NCBI GenBank assembly: GCA_036337945.1
Contig: JAYZDF010000104.1
Location: 15,401 to 79,400 of the forward strand
DNA length: 64,000 nucleotides
Reading direction: 5' to 3'
Origin: Myxococcota bacterium
Lineage (GTDB): Bacteria > Myxococcota > Kuafuiibacteriia > Kuafuiibacteriales > Kuafuiibacteriaceae
Of this stretch, positions 1-9,606 are shown piece after piece. Both the position numbers and the translations under genes were made by a program. Position 1 is the first letter of the stretch; every line of letters starts with the position of its first letter. Below the pieces are notes generated by a model. That model ran no database searches and was not told the origin of the DNA. It saw only the letters and a program-made list of their open reading frames with translations.

Positions 1-588
1 AGCATTTACACGGCTACTTTCAGACAACCGAGCATCTTTACTTGCCAGCTCAGTTCGTAAAGTAGAGACGCGATGCTGCATTTCATTGAGTTCTTCCGTG
101 ACCTCAACGATTCGCATTTCGAGGTCGACTTCTCGGTCGTGCCATGCAGCAAGCTCACTATCTTTTCTTGCCAGCTCTGCTCTCGCTGAATGAAGTTCGC
201 GCTCAAGTTTATTACGTTCTTTTTTGAGCGCTAACGCGTCACGTGTAGAGATTGTCGATGTCGATGAATTCGATTGTCCGTTTCGGTTGAAACCTGAAGT
301 AGCAACATTCCGTGCGCCCCCTTTTACACGCAATTGACCATTGACTGGGCGATCACTCGCTAACTGCGGAATTGCAGGTCTACGAGAAGCACGAGTAGAG
401 TCTTCAATGCGCGCGGCCGCGGCATGTTCAATGATCGTTTCACGAGTCTGCGCAATTTGCGCAGTCTGTTCTTCACCGTTTTCAGGCGCAGACTCGACGG
501 TTGTGTCCGCACTCGGAAGGTCCTTTAGCTGTTTACGAGCTTCGGACAATTGAGACTTGAGTTCTTCAAGCGAGGGATTATTAGACAT
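1..588 (-). CDS. coiled-coil protein, N-terminal 196 codons (gene runs off the window start)
   Basis: My own translation from the ATG at 588 (minus strand) stays open to base 1: MSNNPSLEELKSQLSEARKQLKDL...ALALKKERNKLERELHSARAELARKDSELAAWHDREVDLEMRIVEV... The composition is E/L/R/K-rich and heptad-like. It is absent from the ORF track because no stop lies inside the window. Track ORFs 6..206(-) and 341..553(+) are other frames of the same DNA. Confidence 0.55.
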   Translation of the reverse strand, partial: MSNNPSLEELKSQLSEARKQLKDLPSADTTVESAPENGEEQTAQIAQTRETIIEHAAAARIEDSTRASRRPAIPQLASDRPVNGQLRVKGGARNVATSGFNRNGQSNSSTSTISTRDALALKKERNKLERELHSARAELARKDSELAAWHDREVDLEMRIVEVTEELNEMQHRVSTLRTELASKDARLSESSRVNA

Positions 589-602
589 CGCTGGGGCATC
601 GT

Positions 603-616
603 CCGAAATATTTCGG
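603..616. promoter_or_regulatory. perfect 14-nt palindrome CCGAAATATTTCGG between tRNA-Lys and the coiled-coil gene; function unknown
   Basis: Seen directly in the sequence. It lies 15 nt upstream of the ATG at 588 (minus strand) and about 60 nt downstream of the tRNA 3' end. A T-run (GTTTTGT) follows it only on the plus strand, where there is nothing to terminate. Confidence 0.25.
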
Positions 617-676
617 GTTTTGTCGAGGACCAGTGTGCGTGTTATGAACGATTTCTTGTCTGGGGGAAGTACTGAA

Positions 677-749
677 TGGGCCCTACAGGGATCGAACCTG
701 TGACCTTGGGATTAAAAATCCCCTGCTCTACCAACTGAGCTAAGAGCCC
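677..749 (-). tRNA. tRNA-Lys (anticodon UUU)
   Basis: The reverse complement reads GGGCTCT-TA-GCTC-AGTTGGTA-GAGC-A-GGGGA-TTTTTAA-TCCCA-AGGTC-ACAGG-TTCGATC-CCTGT-AGGGCCC-A. It forms a 73-nt cloverleaf with a 7-bp acceptor stem (one G-U pair), a T-loop TTCGATC, and anticodon loop TTTTTAA with TTT at positions 34-36. It closely resembles E. coli tRNA-Lys. CCA is not encoded. Confidence 0.9.
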
Positions 750-841
750 CACAGAAAATGTGCGCGGACTTTGCACCGAGTCGACAATCAGCGTCAAGCA
801 GGAAGACGAAGAAATGTGATACATGCTAGGGTCTTGACGGT

Positions 842-2029
842 TTGAATTATCGAATTCTCATAAAATCCCTATTTTTTTGGGGTTTGGTTGCGTGTCAATC
901 GCAAAAAGAGGCGCCAAAAGTGGTCACAAGACCAGATTCAAGCGTCGAAGTGACCAAAAAACCCACGAAGAAAGATACGGACCCCTTTAGCAAGTTTCGT
1001 ACAGAAGCGGAGACTCGACTCAAAAGACTCGAAGGCTATGTTATCCGAGGGGCGTCAAATCCTGAGAACCCATGGGCCTTAGCACACGGTATCCTTGCTT
1101 TCGGTCCGAACTTAAAGGCGTCCAATGGACGACTGGCCATCGATGTCATGGTGGAAGACTTTGCCCAACTTGAAGGCAAAGGAAAAAACCGATCCGTGAA
1201 CTTCCCAACCCGAACCCCAAAGGATCACCCAGTTGAACCACACAACAACCTAATGGCTAGCTCGCTTTTGCAGGCAGGTGTCGTTCAGACTAAAACTTTC
1301 AAACTCAAGACGGGCGAAAAAATTTCGATGAAGGATTTGGTCGAACGAGTCCGCATGGAAGCAGTATTACCTGAAACACCCAAACAGTGGCATGACTTCG
1401 CTTGGACCTATAGTGCTCTTCTTCACGCAGGCGCCAAGCCGAAAAGCGAAAGCTCTAAAAATCTGGCGCTAAACGCACTCAATTATGTCGAATCACAGCA
1501 AGCTTTTCTCACGGAGCTGATGAGAAAAGGTCAGCCCGACAAAGTCGTTAAGAAGAAACAACTTATTTATGCGCACACCTGCGGAGGTCTACATATGATT
1601 CAAGCGGCCTTGTTTGGTGCATCGCTTCTACGCGATCCTAAGGTAAATGCACGGGCACAGACTCAGCTTGAAACGATCCTTTTTCGCTGGAAAGCCGAAC
1701 GCTCAATTTATAGAAATATGAAGCGGCAATATCCCATGTACTCACTGCTCCTTCAGGCTCAGGAACTCAAATTCTATGGACATCTCTTAGAAACCCTTAG
1801 CCAAAGTCAACGCATGGGAATTTACCCTGTAAACGATAACAGTCGGGCGATTGTGAAAGGTATAATTCAGGATCTTGTTTCTACTATCGACGACTTAGCT
1901 GTGAACTATCTCGACCTGGAAAGCGTCAAAAACGTAAAGAAACAGGTCTACTACGATTTAATTGGCGATGGATGTCACGCTATTCGTGGTTTGCGTGAAT
2001 CACTTATGGCATTCTTCCCGCGAAAATGA
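842..2029 (+). CDS. hypothetical lipoprotein
   Basis: 395-aa ORF with a TTG start. The N-terminus MNYRILIKSLFFWGLVAC has a lipobox-like LVAC. Its stop overlaps the mutT-like start (ATGA at 2026..2029), which suggests coupling. I recognised no family. Confidence 0.55.
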   Translation: MNYRILIKSLFFWGLVACQSQKEAPKVVTRPDSSVEVTKKPTKKDTDPFSKFRTEAETRLKRLEGYVIRGASNPENPWALAHGILAFGPNLKASNGRLAIDVMVEDFAQLEGKGKNRSVNFPTRTPKDHPVEPHNNLMASSLLQAGVVQTKTFKLKTGEKISMKDLVERVRMEAVLPETPKQWHDFAWTYSALLHAGAKPKSESSKNLALNALNYVESQQAFLTELMRKGQPDKVVKKKQLIYAHTCGGLHMIQAALFGASLLRDPKVNARAQTQLETILFRWKAERSIYRNMKRQYPMYSLLLQAQELKFYGHLLETLSQSQRMGIYPVNDNSRAIVKGIIQDLVSTIDDLAVNYLDLESVKNVKKQVYYDLIGDGCHAIRGLRESLMAFFPRK

Positions 2030-2427
2030 CGAAACGACAGATTCGAGTAGTTGCCGCTCAAATTGAACGGGACGGCCATTACCTCATTACCCAAAGAAAA
2101 CCTTCGAGCTCGCTTCCCTTACTGTGGGAGTTTCCTGGTGGAAGAGTAGAGGAAAGCGAAACCGACCAAGAAGCCCTTGGGCGAGAGCTTCACGAAGAAA
2201 TGGAAATTGAGGTCGAGGTTGGTGAGGCTTCTGTCGCTGTGACGCACGAATACTCGGCGTACATCATCAACTTCTGCGTGTACCGCTGCAAACTTATTAC
2301 CGCCGATGAAAATATCAAGAAAATTGGTATTCACGATTTTCGCTGGGTCAAACCGTCTGAACTAGACGACTATGAATTTCCGGGCGCTGATCAAGCAACA
2401 ATCGATGCGCTCCTTCAAGGTCGTTAA
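2026..2427 (+). CDS. mutT: Nudix hydrolase, MutT-like (8-oxo-dGTP / (d)CTP pyrophosphatase type)
   Basis: Nudix box GGRVEESETDQEALGRELHEEMEI fits GX5EX7REUXEEXGU. The size (133 aa) and layout match E. coli MutT. Confidence 0.8.
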   Translation: MTKRQIRVVAAQIERDGHYLITQRKPSSSLPLLWEFPGGRVEESETDQEALGRELHEEMEIEVEVGEASVAVTHEYSAYIINFCVYRCKLITADENIKKIGIHDFRWVKPSELDDYEFPGADQATIDALLQGR

Positions 2428-2430
2428 TTG

Positions 2431-4269
2431 CTACGAAGTCTCTAAAGGAATCACAAAAGAAAACTTTGTGCCATCAGGTGACGACTTAAACGTTACCTTT
2501 CCATGATGCTCTTCTGCGATCTGTTTCACCATGGCTAGGCCTAATCCTGTACCGCCTTTTTTACCGGAAGTTGCAAACGGCTGAAATAATCTCGTCTTCA
2601 CCTCATCCGGAATACCTGGTCCATTATCTATAAAATCAAATCGTAAGCGGTTCATTCGTTTCGAAACGATCACCTCGAACAATCCACCGCCAGGCATAGC
2701 TTCACAGGCGTTCCTTGCGAGATTATGGAAAACACGACGCATCTTATTTTCATCAAATCGCGCTGGTCCCTTATAACGAATTCGAAAGTTTAGTTGCACG
2801 CCTGTCCCTTTCATTTCTTGAAGTAAATGCTTTTCCATATTTTCCATAAAACGTTCCAGGTACACTTTACGGACAAGGATAGTGTGATCTCCTCGAGCGA
2901 ATCCGAGAAGCTCTTTTGTCATAGAATTCATGACTTGAACTTGTTTCTTAATCTCGCGAGCGTATTCGTCTCGTGCTTCCTCATCGGAAGACCGCGCCAT
3001 CAGTTGGCTATATCCGGTGATAAGAGTCATTGGCGTTCGAATATCGTGAACTACTCCGGACAACATACCGCCAATACTCGCAAGTCGAGAGGCTCTTTCG
3101 CGCTCATCCCTTTGCTGAAGGGCGTAAATGGCCCTACCTGCCTGGCCGGCAACGACTGAAAGAGCTTGGACAGCATCAGCGCCAAATGGCCGCTTAACTT
3201 TCCGATTAATGAGCTCCAAAATTCCTAAAAGATCGCCATTGCGGTTCCGGATCGGCACAGCAAGCAATGAACGAAGACGAATACGGCCACGAACGATCTC
3301 TCCCTCTTCGATTTCATTGTAGATACAAGGTTCTTGGTCATGAAGGACGACAGATAAGACCGGGTCGTCAACGTCGGGATATAATCGCATGAGCTGTTTT
3401 TGGTTCGATCCGGCGGCGGCGGCGACTTCAATACAATCGTTTTGTTGATCGATCATATAAATAAGCGCACTACGAGCAAACAAATGGTCCAATGCCGTTT
3501 CAAGAATGACCTCGAACATTTCGTTCAGTTCGACTGCTTGAGAAATGATTGTTTCCGTTTCGTATAAAAGCTGAAGTTTTGAGCGAGACCTTTCGATAGT
3601 CTCGTTCTGCTCAACTACATTTTGATAAAGAAGCATGACCTCGAGGGCTACCCCGACCGAGGATGCTATTGAATCTAATAATCGCTTGTCATGGTTATCA
3701 AAATTTCCAATCAGCTTATTGAGAACTTGAATGACACCCATGACCTGGTCGGTGCGAGGATGTCTCACAGGCCAGACAAGCATACACCTTGTCCTGTATC
3801 CCGAACGTTTATCGATATCTCGATTGAAGCGTTTATCGTTGTAAGCATCTTCAATATGTACTGATTCGCCGGACTCCGCGACCCACCCCGCAAGACCTGT
3901 TCCTCTCGGAAGAACTAAGTTCTTCATTTCATCCGCCTGAATCACAGAAGAAACGAGGTCGCCGGTATCTGTATCGATAAGAAATAGTGTCGTTCTGTCT
4001 GCCCCAAGCAGTTGAGTCGTCCGATTGATGAGCTGCATCAAGAGTCTGTTTGGGTCTAAACCCGAAGCGAGCGTTTGCTGAACGACCTTCATCGCCTCTA
4101 TTCGTTTCTCAGACCGTTCTAGCTCGCGCTGAAGGTCGTCAATTTCGTCTTCCAGTTCTTGTTCACGTCGCAAGTAGTGCTCATGACTACCAACACTCGA
4201 TTGTCTTCTTGGAAGAGCTTTCGGGCGCTGTTTATTACCAACTAGGGTTCTAGTTTTTGACGACGCCAT
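2431..4269 (-). CDS. sensor histidine kinase with N-terminal coiled coil and two GAF domains
   Basis: H-box HDIRTPMTLITGY, N-box RVFHNLARNACEAM, and G-boxes DNGPGIP and GTGLGLAMV. The two GAF-like segments contain LFLIDTDTGDLVS... and LIYMIDQQNDCIE... Confidence 0.85.
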   Translation of the reverse strand: MASSKTRTLVGNKQRPKALPRRQSSVGSHEHYLRREQELEDEIDDLQRELERSEKRIEAMKVVQQTLASGLDPNRLLMQLINRTTQLLGADRTTLFLIDTDTGDLVSSVIQADEMKNLVLPRGTGLAGWVAESGESVHIEDAYNDKRFNRDIDKRSGYRTRCMLVWPVRHPRTDQVMGVIQVLNKLIGNFDNHDKRLLDSIASSVGVALEVMLLYQNVVEQNETIERSRSKLQLLYETETIISQAVELNEMFEVILETALDHLFARSALIYMIDQQNDCIEVAAAAGSNQKQLMRLYPDVDDPVLSVVLHDQEPCIYNEIEEGEIVRGRIRLRSLLAVPIRNRNGDLLGILELINRKVKRPFGADAVQALSVVAGQAGRAIYALQQRDERERASRLASIGGMLSGVVHDIRTPMTLITGYSQLMARSSDEEARDEYAREIKKQVQVMNSMTKELLGFARGDHTILVRKVYLERFMENMEKHLLQEMKGTGVQLNFRIRYKGPARFDENKMRRVFHNLARNACEAMPGGGLFEVIVSKRMNRLRFDFIDNGPGIPDEVKTRLFQPFATSGKKGGTGLGLAMVKQIAEEHHGKVTFKSSPDGTKFSFVIPLETS

Positions 4270-4288
4270 AAACGGACGCTAACACGAG

Positions 4289-4311
4289 GACAAACTGGCA
4301 TCGAGTTTGTC
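4289..4311. promoter_or_regulatory. inverted repeat GACAAACT-(7 nt)-AGTTTGTC in the divergent kinase/kynA intergenic region
   Basis: A perfect 8-bp stem seen directly in the sequence, 20 nt upstream of the kinase ATG (4269, minus strand). Its function is not established. Confidence 0.2.
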
Positions 4312-4426
4312 TGCGATACAGAACGAAATTTTAGGCGTAAACCACTATTCAATCATTCCTTTCAAATACGACTTGCGAACAGGTTCGCTTCTTTTCGGGT
4401 GGCGCGTGCGATGCTAGGTTGCCCGT

Positions 4427-5536
4427 ATGGCAAATTCACCGCCGAGTTATTGGGATTATTTGGGTCTCGATCAGTTGCTGAACTTACAACAGGGCCTCGA
4501 CGAGAATGAAGACGGACAACTCGCTGATGAGCTCAACTTCATCGTTGTTCATCAATGCTTCGAGCTATGGTTCAAACTCATACTTCGACACGTTCGGCTA
4601 GCTCGTGATCATCTCGCCGCACCAGAGGTTCCCGAAGAACATATACCTATGGTTGTTCACAATCTTGACCGAACAAATACCATTTTGGATCTTGCCGTCT
4701 CGCAGTTCAAAGTTATGGAAACGATGACTCCACAGGGCTTTCTCGACTTTCGCGATAAACTGGTTCCATCAAGCGGTTTCCAATCTTTTCAAATGCGAGA
4801 AATAGAAATTCTCCTCGGTCTTGAGCAGTCAGATCGAGATGCTTTGGGACTCCCGGACCCTTTGGAGCAATTTCGGAAACTTGATAGCTCTTCCTCTCCC
4901 TCGGCGAAATTGGCGCAAAAACGGATCGAAGCCGTTTCACAGGAGAAAACATTAAAGGGAGCGATCGATGACTGGCTTGCGCGAACACCGATCCAAGGTT
5001 CACTGCCTTCAGACAAGAATGACGAGCAAGCGGTCGACGAATTCATTCAAGATTACCTAAAGGCCGTCGAAAAACATGGAGAGAGTCAAATTCAACGATT
5101 TGTGGATGCTCAGCTTATGACGAAAGAGCAAGCGGCACCCAGATTTTCTGCTGCTCGTCAATCGGCCCAGGAATTCCTAAACGCAAACGATATCGAAAAT
5201 CCGAAGGAGCGAGCGGATGCAAAACGGATTCGAGCAGCACTTTTGTTCATAGAAAGTTATCGAGAACTACCACTTCTTGCATGGCCTCGAACCCTGATTG
5301 ATAAGATCGTAGAACTAGAGGAACTTTTGGTATTATGGCGCACTAGGCATGCTCGTATGGTGGAAAGAGTCATTGGTCGGCGAGTCGGTACTGGAGGTTC
5401 TGCAGGTGTTGATTATCTAGATCGAACCACTCAGTATCGTATATTCAAAGAACTTTGGTCGATTCGAACCTTGCTATTACCGAGGCAACACATCCCTACC
5501 CTCAAGAATCCAAACTTCTACGGATTTGCTCTTTGA
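4427..5536 (+). CDS. kynA: tryptophan 2,3-dioxygenase
   Basis: The N-terminal block YWDYLGLDQLLNLQ...DELNFIVVHQCFELWFKL and the C-terminal GRRVGTGGSAGVDYLDRT are characteristic of bacterial TDO. At 369 aa it is longer than typical bacterial TDOs, because of a central insertion. Confidence 0.8.
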   Translation: MANSPPSYWDYLGLDQLLNLQQGLDENEDGQLADELNFIVVHQCFELWFKLILRHVRLARDHLAAPEVPEEHIPMVVHNLDRTNTILDLAVSQFKVMETMTPQGFLDFRDKLVPSSGFQSFQMREIEILLGLEQSDRDALGLPDPLEQFRKLDSSSSPSAKLAQKRIEAVSQEKTLKGAIDDWLARTPIQGSLPSDKNDEQAVDEFIQDYLKAVEKHGESQIQRFVDAQLMTKEQAAPRFSAARQSAQEFLNANDIENPKERADAKRIRAALLFIESYRELPLLAWPRTLIDKIVELEELLVLWRTRHARMVERVIGRRVGTGGSAGVDYLDRTTQYRIFKELWSIRTLLLPRQHIPTLKNPNFYGFAL

Positions 5537-6828
5537 ACTACCCAATAAAGAAGTAAACCGACCAGCAAGGTCGCGGCCCCAGCCAGTGAAACAGATGGTC
5601 GTGAAAAAACCATTCCGATCAACATCCATAAGGAAAGAATGAAATAGGTGATAGAGGTCCAAGGATAGCCCCAAGTGCGATAGGCACCGTCTCGGTTCAT
5701 CTTTTTTCTTCGAGCAACGAAAATAGAAAAGATCGTGACGCTAAGGCCGGCTGTCACAGTGAAACCTGTATATTCAATCAGGGTATCGAAGCCTGCGGCC
5801 ATCAACAGCACGAGTGAAATTGCACTTTGTATCCAAACGGCAAACACAGGAGGCTTGTCTTGGCTTTGACGAACTAGGAAGCTCAAAGCTCGGAAATCCT
5901 CGCCTAAGGCCTCAAGCACGCGAGCACCGCTGATAATCATCGCACCGACTGTCGTCAATAAACCGAGGGCAATGATGCCAGACATTGCTTTCGCGGCTGT
6001 TTGTCCAAAAAGTGCTTCGGCAACAACATGACCAACCTCAATTTTTCCAGCAAGTTCGGACAGAGGAACCGCTGAGAGATACACCAGATTCATCAAGACA
6101 TATATGATGGTGACAATTAGTGTTCCCAAAAAGAACGCACGGGGTAAAGTTTTGTTCGGATCACGAACCTCACCAGCAATGTAAGCCGCTGCGTTCCAAC
6201 CGCTATAAGCAAAAGCAACGTAGATAAGGCCAATAGAAAACTTTGAGCTAAAAATGGCTGCAGAAAACGCTCTCTGGTCCGGCTGGTTGAGCAAAGACAA
6301 ATCGGCCTGCCACATTCCAGCGATAATCAGTACAATCACAAAGCCAAACTTGAGAAGAGTGAAAATGTCTTGAAAACGAATTCCTTTTTCACTGGCTCGC
6401 GTATGCACAACCCCAAGGGCAACAATTAGGATAATCGCTGTTTCTTGCGGTGCAAACCACGGATGAATTTGCGAAAGGTATTGGCCAAAAGCGTAGGCAA
6501 CGGCGGCAATCGGCGCCCCAAACCCCACCGTTAGAGAAACCCATCCCATAAGAAATCCAAGAGACGGATGATAAATTTTTGAAAGGAGTTGGTACTCCCC
6601 TCCATTTTTTGGAATGAGTGTCACAAGCTCAGCATAGGTTAAGGCACCGCATAGAGCAGTTACTCCGCCGAGAACCCATGCGAATAAGATCGCCAAGACA
6701 GATTCAAGATCTTTAGCCTGATATCCAGTACTGGTGAAGACACCTGTCCCAACCATTGAGGTAATGATTAAATTTGTTGCGGTCAGAAAAGAAATTTTTC
6801 GTTGGGGCGCATTCATCACTTCCATCAC
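5518..6828 (-). CDS. APC-family amino acid permease
   Basis: 436 aa and highly hydrophobic throughout (about 12 predicted TM segments). The N-terminal motif SMVGTGVFTSTG and the GGEYQ block are typical of APC transporters. Its 3' end overlaps the kynA 3' end by 19 nt (convergent). Confidence 0.75.
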   Translation of the reverse strand: MMEVMNAPQRKISFLTATNLIITSMVGTGVFTSTGYQAKDLESVLAILFAWVLGGVTALCGALTYAELVTLIPKNGGEYQLLSKIYHPSLGFLMGWVSLTVGFGAPIAAVAYAFGQYLSQIHPWFAPQETAIILIVALGVVHTRASEKGIRFQDIFTLLKFGFVIVLIIAGMWQADLSLLNQPDQRAFSAAIFSSKFSIGLIYVAFAYSGWNAAAYIAGEVRDPNKTLPRAFFLGTLIVTIIYVLMNLVYLSAVPLSELAGKIEVGHVVAEALFGQTAAKAMSGIIALGLLTTVGAMIISGARVLEALGEDFRALSFLVRQSQDKPPVFAVWIQSAISLVLLMAAGFDTLIEYTGFTVTAGLSVTIFSIFVARRKKMNRDGAYRTWGYPWTSITYFILSLWMLIGMVFSRPSVSLAGAATLLVGLLLYWVVQRANP

Positions 6829-6852
6829 AAATGCGGGACCGGCTGGCAGAAC

Positions 6853-9597
6853 CTAATGCGCTTCATCCCAGTTATCGCCTATATGTGCGACGGCCAAAAG
6901 CGGCACATTCAATGGAAATGCGCGCTCCATTTCGACTTTAACCAACTCAGCTACTGCTTCTGCTTCTGACGACGGCGCTTCCAAGAGTAATTCATCATGA
7001 ACCTGCAACAATACTTTGGCCTCAGGAAAATCCTCTTCGAGTCGATTTGATACTCGAATCATTGCAAGCTTTATGAGGTCAGCAGCACTGCCTTGAATCG
7101 GAGTATTCATAGCAATACGTTCGGACGCTGCGCGGGCACCGCGATTTTTTGACTCTATTTCTCGAACCCAACGTCTTCGACCCATAATCGTTGTCACAAA
7201 GCCCTTTTCTTTTGCATGCTCCAAAGTCTCGTCGAAAAACTTTCGAATTCCGGGTTGACGCTCAAAATAATCTTTAACAAATTGAGACGCTACTCTCCTT
7301 GGTATCTGCAACTCTCGAGCAAGCCTTACTGGACCCATCCCGTAAAGCACACCGAAGTTGACTGCTTTGGCTTGAGAGCGCTGCTCAAAAGAAACATCTT
7401 CTGGGGGTACCTCAAAAAGCACTGACGCAGTTCGAGTATGAACATCAGCATTATTTTGAAATGCTTCGACCAAAATCTTGTCTTCACAAAGATGCGCCAA
7501 TACGCGCAGTTCGATCTGTGAATAATCCACAGAAATCAATTTATGGTCAGGTTCAGGCACAAATGCTTTGCGAAGCTCACGACCAAGCGCCTTTCGAATC
7601 GGGATATTTTGTAAATTTGGGTCGCTCGACGAAAGACGACCCGTCGCTGCTACCGTTTGACTAAGGTTTGTATGAACGCGGTTCGTCGCCTTTGAGACCA
7701 TTTTCGGCAAAGATTGAACATAAGTTGATTGGAGTTTCGTAATTTGCCGAAAATCGAGAATAGTTCCGGGAAGAGGATGCATAGAAGCAAGCTCTTCAAG
7801 AACAGATTGGTCGGTAGACGGTCCAGTCTTAGTTCGTTTGATAATCTTTAGGCCTAACTCCTCAAAGAGTACCTCTCGTAATTGTTTTGGTGAGTTTACT
7901 TTAAACTCTCGACCTGCCAATTCGTGGCAATGTTTCTCAAGACGAATAATCTCTGACGAGAAATTGTCCTCAAGTCCTTTGAGAAACGCAACATCGACCT
8001 TCACACCATAGAGCTCCAATCGCGCTAAAACGCGAACAAGAGGCATCTCTATGTCGTTCATGACGGACAATAGGTCGCTTTTTGTGAGTTCTTCGTTGAG
8101 AATCGGCGCGACCTGTAAAGCAATATCTGCCCGTTGAGCGACAAACTGAAGCAGGTCTTCGGGAGCCAAATCCTCAACCTTCTTTTTGTCTCGTCCTGTA
8201 CCGATAATGCTTGAGCGGGAAGTACTGGTGGTTTGCAGGAACTTACGAGCAACATCTGCAACGCCATGAGGTCCGTCATCGGGGCCATGAACAATCGCAC
8301 TCGAAGACTCGTATCGATCTTCAGCATCAATGAGATAACTCGCGATGGAAGTATCAAGCTGCTCTCCGGCTAAGGTCATCTTATAAAGTTCCGCGAGGGC
8401 ATACCATTGCTTTGCAGAGGAAAACGTTTTGGCAATTTTGCTATCTTCGAGATAAGGCCGAAAGAATTCAAGAATATCCAATACGGTGAGTTCTCCGGTT
8501 GCAATGTATACAGCCTCACCGGGCGACCAAGCGAGTCCAAATCCAAAAATACGCGTATCGACCATTCGCGAACGTTCGTACTCCATTGACAAAGCTATAT
8601 GCGCACTAGAGGTGATTTCGGCAGAAAGTGAAGCGAGTTCATCTTTTGTTCGAACCAATCGATAATTGGTTTGAGTCTGTGCCGCTTTTGGTTTGGACGC
8701 TGCTGTAGAGCTGGTCTTCTCTTCTCTTTTATCGGAGCCACTTTCAGCTCGAGCCAGTAGGCGCCGAAATCCGAGCTCGCCGTACAGACGAACTTGTTCA
8801 TCTACGTTAGGACCACTGTATTTCAGACTCTCAATCGGTTCATCGATTTGCACGTTGTATTCGAGTTCGACCAGTTTTCGAGAAAGGCGTGCCTCATCCA
8901 CAGCGTCTGCGATTTTCTGACAGATTTTTCCTTTAATCCGCCCTTCTTGCGCCGCCTCAAGAACACCTTCTAGAGTTCCATGTTCTTTGAGTAACTTCGC
9001 CGCTGTTTTTTGGCCAACTCCGCGAACACCTGGGATGTTATCGGAGGCGTCACCCATGAGTGCCAACAGGTCCCCGATTTGCTCCGGCGGGACTCCAAAC
9101 TTTTCTTCTACTTCCTTGGCGCGATATAGTTTTTCTCGCATGGGTTCCCATAGCTCTACCCTATCGTTCACGAGCTGCATGAGATCTTTGTCACCGGTGA
9201 TGATCTTCACATCAAAATCATTTTCGAGAGCCAGCCTAGTCCAAGTTGCAATGTAATCGTCGGCCTCATATCCCTCTTTTTTATAGAGCGGGAGCTTGAA
9301 CGCTTCAGTCACTTCGTGAATACGAGCAAATTGAGGAACGAGGTCTTCAGGCGGAGGAGGACGGTTGGCTTTATAGGCTTCGTAAAGCTCAGTACGAAAG
9401 CTTTTCCGCGCTGTATCGAACATTATGGCGATATATTCAGGCTGCTCCTCGTCGAGAACTTTCTGAATCATACTCGCAAAGCCATAAACTGCATTGGTAG
9501 GCTCGCCAGAGGGACTGCTCAACGCACGAATGCCGTAATATGCTCGAAAGATATATCCCGAGCCATCAATGAGATAGAGTAATTTTCTTTTGGTCAA
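6853..9597 (-). CDS. polA: DNA polymerase I
   Basis: 914 aa. It has a 5'-nuclease N-terminus (LLYLIDGSGYIFRAYY, GDASDNIPGVRGVGQKTA) and polymerase motifs DYSQIELRVLAH, RSQAKAVNFGVLYGMG and QVHDELLLEAP. Confidence 0.97.
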   Translation of the reverse strand: MTKRKLLYLIDGSGYIFRAYYGIRALSSPSGEPTNAVYGFASMIQKVLDEEQPEYIAIMFDTARKSFRTELYEAYKANRPPPPEDLVPQFARIHEVTEAFKLPLYKKEGYEADDYIATWTRLALENDFDVKIITGDKDLMQLVNDRVELWEPMREKLYRAKEVEEKFGVPPEQIGDLLALMGDASDNIPGVRGVGQKTAAKLLKEHGTLEGVLEAAQEGRIKGKICQKIADAVDEARLSRKLVELEYNVQIDEPIESLKYSGPNVDEQVRLYGELGFRRLLARAESGSDKREEKTSSTAASKPKAAQTQTNYRLVRTKDELASLSAEITSSAHIALSMEYERSRMVDTRIFGFGLAWSPGEAVYIATGELTVLDILEFFRPYLEDSKIAKTFSSAKQWYALAELYKMTLAGEQLDTSIASYLIDAEDRYESSSAIVHGPDDGPHGVADVARKFLQTTSTSRSSIIGTGRDKKKVEDLAPEDLLQFVAQRADIALQVAPILNEELTKSDLLSVMNDIEMPLVRVLARLELYGVKVDVAFLKGLEDNFSSEIIRLEKHCHELAGREFKVNSPKQLREVLFEELGLKIIKRTKTGPSTDQSVLEELASMHPLPGTILDFRQITKLQSTYVQSLPKMVSKATNRVHTNLSQTVAATGRLSSSDPNLQNIPIRKALGRELRKAFVPEPDHKLISVDYSQIELRVLAHLCEDKILVEAFQNNADVHTRTASVLFEVPPEDVSFEQRSQAKAVNFGVLYGMGPVRLARELQIPRRVASQFVKDYFERQPGIRKFFDETLEHAKEKGFVTTIMGRRRWVREIESKNRGARAASERIAMNTPIQGSAADLIKLAMIRVSNRLEEDFPEAKVLLQVHDELLLEAPSSEAEAVAELVKVEMERAFPLNVPLLAVAHIGDNWDEAH

Positions 9598-9606
9598 AAT
9601 TTAATC

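Noticed and set aside
603-616. The palindrome CCGAAATATTTCGG as an intrinsic terminator for tRNA-Lys
   Set aside because: On the tRNA (minus) strand no U-tract follows the hairpin, and the loop would be only 2-4 nt. The T-run is on the plus strand, where no gene ends. It is kept only as an unexplained inverted repeat.
600-850. tRNA-Lys as the attachment site of an integrated element
   Set aside because: There is no integrase, no direct repeat of the tRNA 3' end, and no compositional break that I can see. The flanking genes look like ordinary chromosomal genes.
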